A stretch of DNA of 64,000 bases from Amoebidium appalachense (taxonomy: Eukaryota; Protista; Ichthyosporea), in contig CAVNZM010000003.1 in the NCBI GenBank assembly GCA_963693365.1, forward strand, positions 4,287,106-4,351,105, written 5' to 3'. The translations under genes and the position numbers were made by a program. Positions within the stretch are counted from its first letter, which is position 1; the number at the start of each line of letters is the position of its first letter. The notes below the pieces were generated by a model that was given only the letters and a program-made list of their open reading frames with translations, did no database searches and was not told where the DNA came from. Below, piece after piece: positions 35,130 through 45,074 of the stretch.

Positions 35130-35402
35130 AAGAGAAGAAAGAAAAAGGATGAGAAAGATAAGGAAAAGCAAAGGAAAATAAAGGCAAAAGGAATTAGAAG
35201 AGCAAACACGGGAAAACGAACCCAAAAACCGGTGGATCATTTGCGTTTTGAGGTGGCCGGGCCACCCCATAACCACAATGCTGGCTGGCTGGTTGTGGTA
35301 TGACGTCATCACTGCTGCCCGGGCATAGATGTGGCTGTGGCTGCGCAGAATCTGCTCGGTGGCTTTGCGCTGCTCCGGTGTGGCTGGCTGCGACTGCGAC
35401 AT
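27495..35402 (-). CDS. Atypical Ras-superfamily (Rho-like) small GTPase-fold protein, 280 aa, 4 coding exons: 35402-35222, 34782-34682, 33553-33254, 27755-27495
   Basis: Exons splice in frame (phases 1, 0, 0; 843 nt). Degenerate motifs appear in canonical order: IVVMGWPGHLKT..IHRFL (G1), YEVTTWDL (G3), CLMICC, VMLVGL..IKD (G4), AVDYIE (G5 region). Confidence 0.7.
28185..29369 (+). CDS. LINE ORF1 protein (394 aa; coiled coil followed by basic, putative RNA-binding region)
   Basis: Intact ORF directly upstream of ORF2, with heptad-like segment LAELALVKKQLNELL...LQTENTQLKLTIDSL. Protein identical to 43890-45074. Confidence 0.88.
   Translation: MAHAYNRFRTSFKVPSTPITHVRPLKRPADTPTTDAQPEKHRLRLSATPIYNTLPIQNNTTPLRRNTITTMPKLSVDTVLAELALVKKQLNELLPLKNMIEKLQTENTQLKLTIDSLTAQLNISGSQNPKTHEQTSRDGDISTPTQNNTGPEAQLPAEFLEYANSRKTPELRQIAKETYASILAGNEYRRNSPPKPPAKGNTQANGNINIPPKYERVYFKVKHGRRPHRAMWSIFKALGFRCSRILCLSFIGYDVLEVAVRGDYNRAFIRDATKGCGSFFTHLPSYDPCAPENIQKADKERKVSAKNACATRCRVRISKAKEFLAKLENDATSVIDTDTKEPMFSGEKLLERKRRCEMEIELFCELFALAEGRAYDPVSDKWEPTPQVSDQTDA
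29362..32556 (+). CDS. LINE ORF2: APE-type endonuclease + reverse transcriptase (1064 aa)
   Basis: APE motifs FWNART, ICETQ, GDFN, SDH. RT motifs GPDG, FRPITL, QSAFR, FIDWKTAYDSV, GLLQGSLLSP, YADD, YKYLG. No recognisable RNase H. Confidence 0.96.
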   Translation: MPNLSFFFWNARTLGPQKGLPPGTLDDKISYIQQQTNNHTFTVICETQFKNHHKFNSTLVDTSTHPGYAKNRGIIVLAAPHVRVKCKPVAKTEFSVSIEFLSNVFTFVYYPPSMSVVELTHELSQLPMSTVILGDFNTRLHHTDTLQVSVGYPSKPPERAIPLARYVQSHTLRFPQISHAHNTDWGVAFWPSTMSKLSLPPNLSRSSDHSPILFLPKISLDLLPPPPPTFRLRLSQLKSQWGRVDVCVCYATKHPIYMRLLESAQARPDSHLVLDTCTNFIVDDLIDLGDYAGGGRKEYPDALLLPNTTPARLGEPLSQKESLRRLASMNRFGPPARIIGDTTGDPLIDSDKYFSELFKDRTPAQKPIVWPVDPSIPIESILPFFSPDAIWSVISSYSSSKSCGPDGLPAGFLKILVPSYPQKESDRAIKPDLTIMLSSLFSWCVKCGHVPSSWLDTLVIPIVKKDSEGPISSFRPITLTQVVRRFFEACLLRLFAHHPRFQSILHIHPCQSAFRKNNSCYVQIMALHDSMQVGAQYVGFIDWKTAYDSVSPGLLWEKLAARGVPHCIGVLLEALLSQTYGRAVVNGHLSYGFARTRGLLQGSLLSPFLFNLFIDDLAVKIYAENDDPINNFPPALLYADDLSLLARTPRRLQRLFDVVSEWCKANLMILNIDKCGVLVPDIANNLHTFTLSSKPVPIVPEYKYLGVPVDSVGVMFPHMVEKRVELARKRLAFFSANIFKDTPLHPSIRLTFIRTFVFPACEYGLPLLAAWIKKERTRALKPLANFLEAEVASFLSNNCCKPGPVTLSIYGLVPIAARVSYLALKFNKHISRLKKYLPSHPLFSIRPVPSSPLPSFLPSLSPSPLGTNTNKPRNSVCVTLDCHLLIKHVHNHKIITQYNKWKKIPNDTRPDESIHLEKLSLMSRFIYTNRLNHIAKYGTRKCITPKYILPSCRTGLSLADGIIDQLPRFYCTRAIQWRSNKYKVASFACPNNTHTHQFNRSCIAKCSLIDHIIPQHTHVTFTTDTQKDSLPVNYNILDFILNTRNYDLFIRCIDWLEKHITTKL

Positions 35403-35527
35403 CCTGAAAATACCGGAAAATGAGTGTGAATTCCCGATTTTTATATAGAGGGATGGGGATATGGGGGTAGGGGGGAAGGGGAGGAGGTGGGGAGGGGGAG
35501 AGGGGGAGGGTGGGTGGGTGGGTGGGT

Positions 35528-35576
<49 letters not shown>

Positions 35577-35613
35577 AAGGAGGGGAGAAGGGAGGGAGAA
35601 TGAGAGGGAAGAT

Positions 35614-35672
<59 letters not shown>

Positions 35673-35882
35673 TGCCTGCTGGATGGTCCTAAATTGCTTA
35701 GGAATGGCTGGCTGTACATAAGAGTGGGTGTGAATACCTCGAAATGAATGGGAATTTCGGGTTTTTTGAGGGGGTGAAATGGCTGTTTGTAAATGTGAAA
35801 TCCTTATGACTACCGAGAAACGTACATGAAATGCCGATTTTTGAAGAGTGAGGAGATCCTCATTATAAGACCGAAGGTGTAT

Positions 35883-37305
35883 GTCTCTTGCAGGGTTCAT
35901 TGCTTAGCCCCTTTTTGTTTAACCTATTTATAGATGATTTGGCTGTCAAGATTTACGCCGAAAACGATGACCCTATTAATAACTTTCCGCCTGCACTTCT
36001 CTATGCTGATGATCTGTCCCTCCTTGCCCGTACCCCTAGACGCCTGCAAAGATTGTTCGATGTAGTGTCAGAGTGGTGCAAGGCAAACCTTATGATCCTT
36101 AACATAGACAAATGTGGTGTTCTTGTACCTGATATAGCTAACAATTTACACACATTTACATTATCATCTAAACCTGTACCTATAGTTCCAGAATACAAAT
36201 ATCTTGGTGTTCCGGTTGATTCTGTTGGTGTTATGTTTCCCCATATGGTCGAAAAGAGGGTAGAGTTGGCTCGTAAGCGGTTAGCTTTCTTCTCGGCTAA
36301 TATTTTTAAAGACACACCCCTCCATCCTTCTATTAGACTTACATTTATTCGCACTTTTGTCTTCCCGGCATGTGAATATGGTTTACCCCTTCTCGCCGCT
36401 TGGATCAAGAAAGAGAGAACTAGAGCGCTTAAACCCTTGGCAAATTTCCTTGAAGCAGAAGTTGCCTCCTTTCTATCTAACAACTGTTGTAAACCTGGGC
36501 CTGTAACGCTCTCGATATATGGTCTGGTCCCAATAGCTGCTAGAGTATCCTATCTCGCGCTGAAATTCAATAAGCACATAAGCCGCTTAAAGAAGTATTT
36601 GCCCTCCCACCCTCTCTTCTCTATCCGACCTGTCCCCTCCTCACCTCTCCCCTCTTTCCTCCCCTCTCTCTCCCCTTCTCCCCTGGGCACAAATACAAAT
36701 AAACCCCGCAATAGTGTGTGTGTGACTTTGGACTGCCACTTACTTATTAAACATGTACACAATCACAAGATAATCACGCAATATAACAAATGGAAAAAGA
36801 TACCACACGACACTAGACCCGATGAAAGCATACACCTTGAAAAACTAAGCCTTATGTCTCGTTTTATATATACTGACCGCCTCAACCATATTGCCAAATA
36901 TGGCACTCGCAAGTGTATAACACCTAAATACATATTACCTTCCTGTAGAACTGGTCTTTCTCTAGCTGATGGTATTATTGATCAATTACCACGCTTTTAC
37001 TGTACACGTGCTATACAGTGGAGATCTAATAAGTATAAGGTGGCATCATTTGCATGCCCAAACAACACACACACACACCAGTTTAACCGGTCATGTATCG
37101 CCAAATGTAGTTTGATAGACCACATAATACCGCAACACACACACGTCACATTCACAACAGACACCCAGAAAGATAGCCTACCTGTAAATTACAACATCCT
37201 TGATTTTATACTAAACACGCGTAACTACGACCTGTTTATTAGATGTATTGATTGGCTTGAGAAACACATCACTACAAAATTATAGCGCACGCGCACACAC
37301 ACACA

Positions 37306-37360
<55 letters not shown>

Positions 37361-37392
37361 CCAGCTGATACCGAGTGTCCCGAGGGGAGCCC

Positions 37393-37437
<45 letters not shown>

Positions 37438-37634
37438 GGGGAACCCCAACTAATTGATTTCTCCTTGTAGTCTTTATGGTGTCTCGTAGAGAAAGTAAAC
37501 CCTGATATATAGTCACCACCCGACATCTATGTACGTGATCATGATATACCGCTGAGGGGATATTCCGAGCAAAACCCCCCCCCCCATACCTGAGACTGGT
37601 TCTCTTTGCCTCGAGTAAACAGCGTAAACCCCCC
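35883..37634 (+). mobile_element. LINE copy 2, 5'-truncated within RT, with A40 and complete 3' module
   Basis: Matches ORF2 from gtctcttgcagg onward and ends GTAAACCCCCC|ATG. TSD is ambiguous (ATG, or ATGCCGA at 35831). Confidence 0.95.
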
Positions 37635-38394
37635 ATGCCGACAGCTGGTTGAGATTGTGATATTCTGTAAAACCGGGAAAATAATGTGAATTCCCAGAGT
37701 TGAAGAAAGGGAATCGAGTAAGTTAAGTATCTCCTACGTTGTATTATGCTGCATAGGGGTTGGTGGCCGATATTTCAACATACTGTAAATACCGGAAAAT
37801 GAGAATGAATTCCCGATGTTGGGGGAGTGGGAGGTTGGGAGCGAGATGGCTGTTTGCGATTGTGACATGCTATTAACACCGGGAAATGAAAGGAAAATAC
37901 CGATTTGGCAAAACGAAGAGAATCTTCCACGGGGCATATGCTGCGAAGGGGTGGCTTGTTTTTATTGTGATCTCATGTGCTCACCAGATATTTAATGAAT
38001 GAGAATTTACGGTGCTTAAAAATGTGTATGAGATATACCTAAAAACGTTTCCGAGCTTTCGGTTTTTCAAGAAGGAAAATAGAATGCCATTTGATGGGTT
38101 GTATTGTGTGGACTGGGGCTGGCGGGCTGCGATTGGGAGAATCTATTCATACGGGAATTGTGTTTTGTCAGTCTATATGGCAGAGTTGTTTCATTTTCCA
38201 CGTTACATTTGTATCATATGGAGTGTAATATGTCTGCATGTTCATTGAGTGAGATAAATCAGCCATTCAACCCCTTGGCGGCTAGCACGCAAACACACAC
38301 AAGCGTGCACGGCTGCACATGAACACGCACGCACGCACGCACGCATGCACGCACGCATGCACACACGCACGCACGCACGCACGCACACGCGCGC

Positions 38395-38462
<68 letters not shown>

Positions 38463-38605
38463 GCGTGCCGCCTCTATTGGCTGTGGTGACGGTGCACTCA
38501 GTAGTTGTGTCTTATCTGTCCCCCCCGGCTGCTGCACCATTCCCTGCATTTCAAACTCACGAGTCGGAAAACCAACCCCCCGTCCACACACACACAAACA
38601 CAAAC

Positions 38606-38745
<140 letters not shown>

Positions 38746-38791
38746 GTACACACACACACTGGTACACACACACACCGCACACACACACACA

Positions 38792-38908
<117 letters not shown>

Positions 38909-39679
38909 ACACACAGACAGACAGACACCTCTACACACACACCTCCCTTCCCCCATTTGAGCCTCCCCTCCCCCCTCCCCCTCCCCCTCCCTCCCTCTCG
39001 CACGTCCATAATTAGCTGGTTGGCAGTGTTCTTGCTGATTTGACGTGATCTGTACGATACAAGCACAGCAACATGCACACAAGTATATACACACATGCAC
39101 AACCATATGAGCACATACAAACGTGCGTGCATACGAACACGCGCGCACACACAAGATTGCGCACGCACACACACAGGCACACACACCACTGGTCACCAAC
39201 GGGTGTGCAGTTAGCTCGAACTAACAACAACGAATGAAATGAATTTCCGGTCTGTGTATGCCGGGGGGGGGGGGGGGGGGGGTATAGGAGGAGGGGGGAG
39301 GGGAAGGGGGGGGAGGGAGGGGGGGGGGGTTGGTGGGCCAAGGGGGCAGGGGAGGCAATATTAACCAAAACTCACTCAAACAGTGATATAAATGTATATG
39401 AAAAAACATAAATCCACAATCGAAATTTTCAAATCTCACCTGCTGCCGCTGAGTCATCGGGCTATTTCCCAGAGATTTCGATTTCGCATCAGTCTGTGAT
39501 CTGCTCCGATTAAGGTCCTTAACCATTCCGATGACGTCATTTTCTCTCAGACCGTAGGACCGGGCATCGATTGAGCCCGAGAGCTTGCGCCTTAGCGTGT
39601 TGAAGAATCCCTTTCTGTATGGGTGGCGGTGTTCTTAGTACTAGCTCGAACTTAAAGTATATTGTTCTGAAAGGGGAAT

Positions 39680-39728
<49 letters not shown>

Positions 39729-39798
39729 GAATAAGCAGACGACCGCCACAGGTTATCTAGGTCGTATTGGACCATGGGAGATTTTTTTTTCACTATCC

Positions 39799-39843
<45 letters not shown>

Positions 39844-40799
39844 AAGAAAGAAAGAAAGATAGAAAGAAAGAAAGAAAAAAAGGGGGAGAAAAGCACGGGT
39901 GTTTGTGAAACATTTGGGGTCAATAGGGACCGCATATAGGTGATAGGAGGATATTATTCAGGGTTATGGTTCTTTAGGCATTCAATTATTGACCCAAATG
40001 ACCTCCCCCATAATGGCTGGGCATGTTTTTTATTTTTCTTTTTTTTTTTGGTTTGTTTGTTTGTTTGTTTGTTTGTTTGTTTGGGGGGGGGGGGGGGGGG
40101 AGGGGGGGGGGGAGGGTTGGGGGGGGAGGTTTTGGCTCCTTTCCATTTGAGGTGCTTCCAAGTTGTAGATAAACTTAAGACTACGCCAGAACAGAGTCCC
40201 TTGAGAGTACGTGAGTGTTTGTTGCGCGTGTGTACGGTATGTAAGCTGTGTGTGTAATACCAAATACGTTTCATTTCGTGTCACTTGTTTTGTAGTATAA
40301 CTGTGTGTCGTGTGCTCAACCTATGTGGTTTTTGGCTAGCGTTTTCTGCACGCTTGTTTTTCGCCGTGGCAGACGTGCGTGTGCTGTGCCTGCGTGCGTG
40401 CGTGCGAGTGTGTGTGCGTGTATGCATGGGCTTATGTATGAGTATAAATATTTTCAACAGATATGTTTGACGTTGCAGTGCAATTTACACGTGCGCATTG
40501 AGGCCAGATGCTGACGACATGCAAGAACATACACATGTCTAATGCAGGCCATGCACATGAATGTGTTGTTACATGAAAACACACACGCATGCAAGGCTAC
40601 AGAGGGATCCATTGCACACGTGAAATCCACCAAACTTCTGTGAACGCTTCATTTTTAGCATTTTTTAGAATCGACAACACGACAACATGCACAGCTAGAA
40701 TGACGCGAGTGTGCTATGTTGGCAACAACAAAGATCCTTGCCTGCAGACACCAAGCACGCAACTGCACCAATTGAAACGTCACGATCAACATGACATTG

Positions 40800-41810
40800 G
40801 GCGATGTAAAGACTCTTTCTTGGGAAATAAAGGCGTATACCTACTTCTCTGGCTCCCTATCCCAAGCACAGTTCATAGGCGCCGCATTCACATATGGGGC
40901 ATCCTCCTGCGATTCACTCAGAATCCTGAGTTCGCTCAGGTTGCTAAGATCTGGGAAGGCACCTTCGTCACCTTCGCTTATTTGGCGCATGAAACTAGAG
41001 CTTGAAGAGATCATTTTCTTTCTGTATAGCTTATAAAAATTTAAATTACTTAAAGCCTATAAGGGAAAGTATATTTCTTTGGGGGTATGACTAAATGAAG
41101 AGACCCTAGAGACCACCGGAGAGTCGCCAAACCCTTTGACCTGGCAGAAGCTCGCCAGCGTCCCCGCTCAGAGTCCTGTGACTGTTGCCTATATGAGACA
41201 ACCTCTCCTAGGCAGCAAGTGATTTAGAACGAATAGAATAAGATTTTTACAAAAGCAAAGGCTAAATTAGCTTTCTATAGCTAATCAAAATGATCAACAA
41301 CGAACGATTAAAAGGCTCAGATAAAGGTAGATAAACCCACCCTGTGGTTCTCTCTACACCAATCAGTTTCTGGGTGTTGATAGCGCTTTTTACTCCCGAG
41401 GTTTGTACTGCACCAACTAATACCCAACGTGGCCGATGTGAGTATGGGAAAGCAAAGATTTTGGCAGAGGCTGCCCGTTTTAAATGCTGCTAAAGACATA
41501 TGTCTCACAGTTCCCATTATGTAGACCACATCGATATCCACCCCAACCCCCTCATCCACACCCATTGCAACCCCACCCCCACTCCCTCCCTCGCTTCTTA
41601 GCTCTCTACTTAGTTCACATTTATGTATGTACCGTGACACACACTATGTAGTGTAAGCTAAAGAATACATGCTTGCGCACCGGGACTTCATTTGGAACAC
41701 GACCAGGCCACACTGGCACTCAACTCACATACACCATTAAACCAATGCGTTAAAGGCTCATACGGTCACACAAATATTCTTATTACTAAAGATGCATTCG
41801 CTCAGTGTGC
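40800..41810 (+). pseudogene. Possible highly decayed LINE remnant
   Basis: Weak resemblance to ORF2 segments (GILL..VAK..TFAY; FTPE; Pro/Ser-rich tract); many stops. Confidence 0.3.
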
Positions 41811-42376
41811 ATGCAAGCGCACACATGTACACGCACACACACACACGCAGACAAACTAATATACGTACACTATAGTAGGGTGGCAAGAAGTGGGTTACCG
41901 TACCAAGAGAAGTCAGAAAAATTAACGTTTAGCTAAATAGACAGGTAGTGGTTTTCTCCTCCCACAATCAAAGTGCTTAGCGGATTCGACAAAGCCACCA
42001 CATTTGGGGGGACAAAATCTTTTGCCATGCACATTCCACCAGTTGTGCAAAGAAGGGCTTCGTGCACCCAGTTATCTGAGCCCCTGTGTGGGGCACTGTT
42101 ATAAAGGTTCCCTCCTTTATATGCAGCCGAATAAAGACACGTATATGCGTTCACAATTGCCACATTATACGCATGAATAAAATGTGTCTTGCATCGGTAT
42201 TAACACTTGCTCAATGGCTAAGATTCCAGGATAAATGCTCCAGCATTGACATTGGCACAAACAAGTTCCGTGGGCTTCAAGTGTAAATACACTACAGTAG
42301 TATGAGACTTTCATGCAGCTGCACCCCTCATAGGTTGCACACAAGTGCTCCCCTTCTTCCCCCTAGAGAGGTGCTT

Positions 42377-42413
<37 letters not shown>

Positions 42414-43075
42414 ACAAACACACACATACACACACACACGCAAACCCCCCCCCCCTCCTCTCCCCTCCCCCTTAGTCCTCAATCCCCTTTTCCCCTTCAT
42501 CCTTCCCCCGGGCCCCCTTACCGAGGCTCCACCCTCCCCCCCCCTCCCCCACCCCGGTACAATTGCCTTCATTTAAAAGAAGCCCTTGAGTGAGGCACGG
42601 TGCACTAAGGTGTGCCTCTGCATGGAAATCAAATGTGTCAAATCTTCCAAATCATTTTCCCTTTTTTTCTTTTTTAAAAACAAAAAAGGGGGGCGGGGGG
42701 GTGCAGGGGGGAGGGGGGAGGGGGGAGGGGGAGGGGGGGGGGGGGGGGGGGAGAGGAATGGGATTCTGCTTCCATGCATTCTCATGTCAAACATTCATCC
42801 CTGCCAATACGTATACAATATAATTCCCTCCCTACCCCTCAAGCTTTTCTCAAGGATCCCCCGTCCCCCTCCCCCCCCCCCCCCCCCTCTTCTCGATGCG
42901 ATCCCAATGCCGGGATCCCCCCCCCTCCCCCCCCCCCCCTCCCCCCCCCCCCCCCCCACACACACACACCTTTTTGTCCAATGGTGCTTGTCCTCGGTGA
43001 CATCCTGTAACAGATAGGGTCTCAGAGATGCCCATGCATATAACGTGGGCCTGGGGAGAATTATTCGCTCCCTTT

Positions 43076-43381
43076 TGTAACTTAGAGGTTTCTCTGTGAG
43101 ACTTTATTATTTGCTGACTTACATTGACTGGCCTGCCGGGACCTTTATATACTTGTGGTCTGGCTAACTGGAATGTTACATACTATTCCCGATTGGTCTA
43201 CCCGCCGCTATGGATCTAGTCGCTACCAATCAAAACACTCCAATAGAATCTTCTAGACTCTTCTAGATCTATCCTGATCTATCGTGAACCTATCCACCAG
43301 TTTATCCCGAATATCTCGAACATTCCCGATCACTAGTGCTACGCTAACGCAGGGCAAACCGGATGGCTATCCTGTTCGACA
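43076..43381 (-). repeat. Copia 3' LTR (306 bp)
   Basis: TGTAAC...TTCGACA on the + strand, preceded on the minus strand by a polypurine tract. Confidence 0.95.
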
Positions 43382-43514
43382 CCCCCACTTGCACTGTGTT
43401 CTATCTATCTACCGCATGCAACCTAAACCTAAGATGCAACTCTAAAACTATGCTACTATACTAACACATATAACACCTACTACACGAACATTAACACTAC
43501 ACTAATTGTAGTTC

Positions 43515-43736
43515 TTACTCAGCCATGCCGATGGCCTGCCGATGCTGCACTAACTTAAGTCTCCCTAAAGCTTTGGTGCACATGTCGGCCACGTTACTGT
43601 TCGTGCTGCAATACACAAGTTCTACATCCCCATTCTCCACACACTCACGGGTGTAGTGGTACTGAACGTCGATGTGTTTGATGCTGGCCTGGAGATTGCT
43701 TCTTCCAGTGTCACAGGGTCATCCTCATTGCTATCA
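43515..43736 (-). pseudogene. Copia remnant: start of RT region fused to RNase H C-terminus
   Basis: DPVTLEEAISRP is joined out of frame to KHIDVQYHYTRE...ADMCTKAL...AE*. The RT core is absent. Confidence 0.85.
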
Positions 43737-43889
43737 CACATCGATTCAGTCGCACACATCGATTCAGTCGCACACATCGATTCAAATGTCGCTCTTTATT
43801 ATCTGCTAATAAATAGTATCCTTCGCGCATCCACCCCTAAACCAGGCCATCCGTGGCCCTAAGGGCCGGGGAACACCCCCATCCATGTC

Positions 43890-45074
43890 ATGGCACATGC
43901 CTATAATCGTTTCAGAACCTCTTTCAAAGTTCCATCTACACCCATCACACATGTGCGACCATTAAAACGTCCAGCAGATACACCTACCACAGATGCACAA
44001 CCAGAAAAACATCGCCTTAGACTAAGCGCAACACCTATTTACAATACACTACCCATTCAGAATAACACCACACCACTCCGTAGAAACACAATAACAACCA
44101 TGCCGAAACTTTCGGTTGATACAGTACTGGCAGAACTTGCCCTCGTTAAGAAACAGCTAAATGAGCTGTTACCACTCAAGAACATGATAGAAAAACTCCA
44201 AACAGAAAATACCCAACTCAAGCTCACCATTGATTCACTCACAGCCCAGCTAAACATTAGTGGATCGCAAAACCCCAAAACTCATGAGCAAACATCTCGC
44301 GACGGAGACATTTCCACCCCAACACAAAACAACACAGGACCGGAAGCACAGCTCCCGGCAGAGTTCCTAGAATATGCGAACTCTCGTAAAACACCCGAGC
44401 TCCGCCAAATTGCCAAGGAAACATATGCCAGCATTCTTGCAGGCAACGAGTACCGCCGCAACTCCCCTCCCAAACCGCCGGCTAAGGGGAACACCCAAGC
44501 AAACGGTAACATCAACATCCCACCCAAATACGAGAGGGTGTATTTCAAAGTCAAGCACGGCAGACGCCCACACAGGGCCATGTGGTCCATCTTCAAGGCT
44601 CTCGGCTTCCGGTGCTCTCGCATCCTTTGTCTGTCCTTCATTGGATACGATGTGCTGGAAGTAGCAGTACGGGGCGACTATAACCGTGCGTTCATCCGTG
44701 ACGCGACAAAGGGGTGTGGAAGCTTCTTCACCCACCTCCCAAGCTACGACCCATGCGCGCCGGAAAACATTCAGAAAGCAGACAAAGAACGTAAAGTGTC
44801 TGCTAAGAATGCGTGCGCCACACGTTGTCGTGTACGCATCAGCAAGGCAAAAGAGTTCCTCGCAAAGTTGGAAAACGATGCTACGAGCGTGATAGACACG
44901 GACACGAAGGAACCAATGTTTTCTGGTGAGAAACTGCTCGAGCGCAAACGCCGATGCGAGATGGAAATCGAGCTCTTCTGCGAACTGTTCGCGCTGGCGG
45001 AAGGTCGTGCATACGACCCCGTAAGCGACAAGTGGGAACCAACCCCACAGGTGTCGGACCAAACCGATGCCTAA
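43890..45074 (+). CDS. LINE ORF1 (copy 3)
   Basis: 394-aa ORF identical to 28185-29369. Confidence 0.88.
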   Translation: MAHAYNRFRTSFKVPSTPITHVRPLKRPADTPTTDAQPEKHRLRLSATPIYNTLPIQNNTTPLRRNTITTMPKLSVDTVLAELALVKKQLNELLPLKNMIEKLQTENTQLKLTIDSLTAQLNISGSQNPKTHEQTSRDGDISTPTQNNTGPEAQLPAEFLEYANSRKTPELRQIAKETYASILAGNEYRRNSPPKPPAKGNTQANGNINIPPKYERVYFKVKHGRRPHRAMWSIFKALGFRCSRILCLSFIGYDVLEVAVRGDYNRAFIRDATKGCGSFFTHLPSYDPCAPENIQKADKERKVSAKNACATRCRVRISKAKEFLAKLENDATSVIDTDTKEPMFSGEKLLERKRRCEMEIELFCELFALAEGRAYDPVSDKWEPTPQVSDQTDA

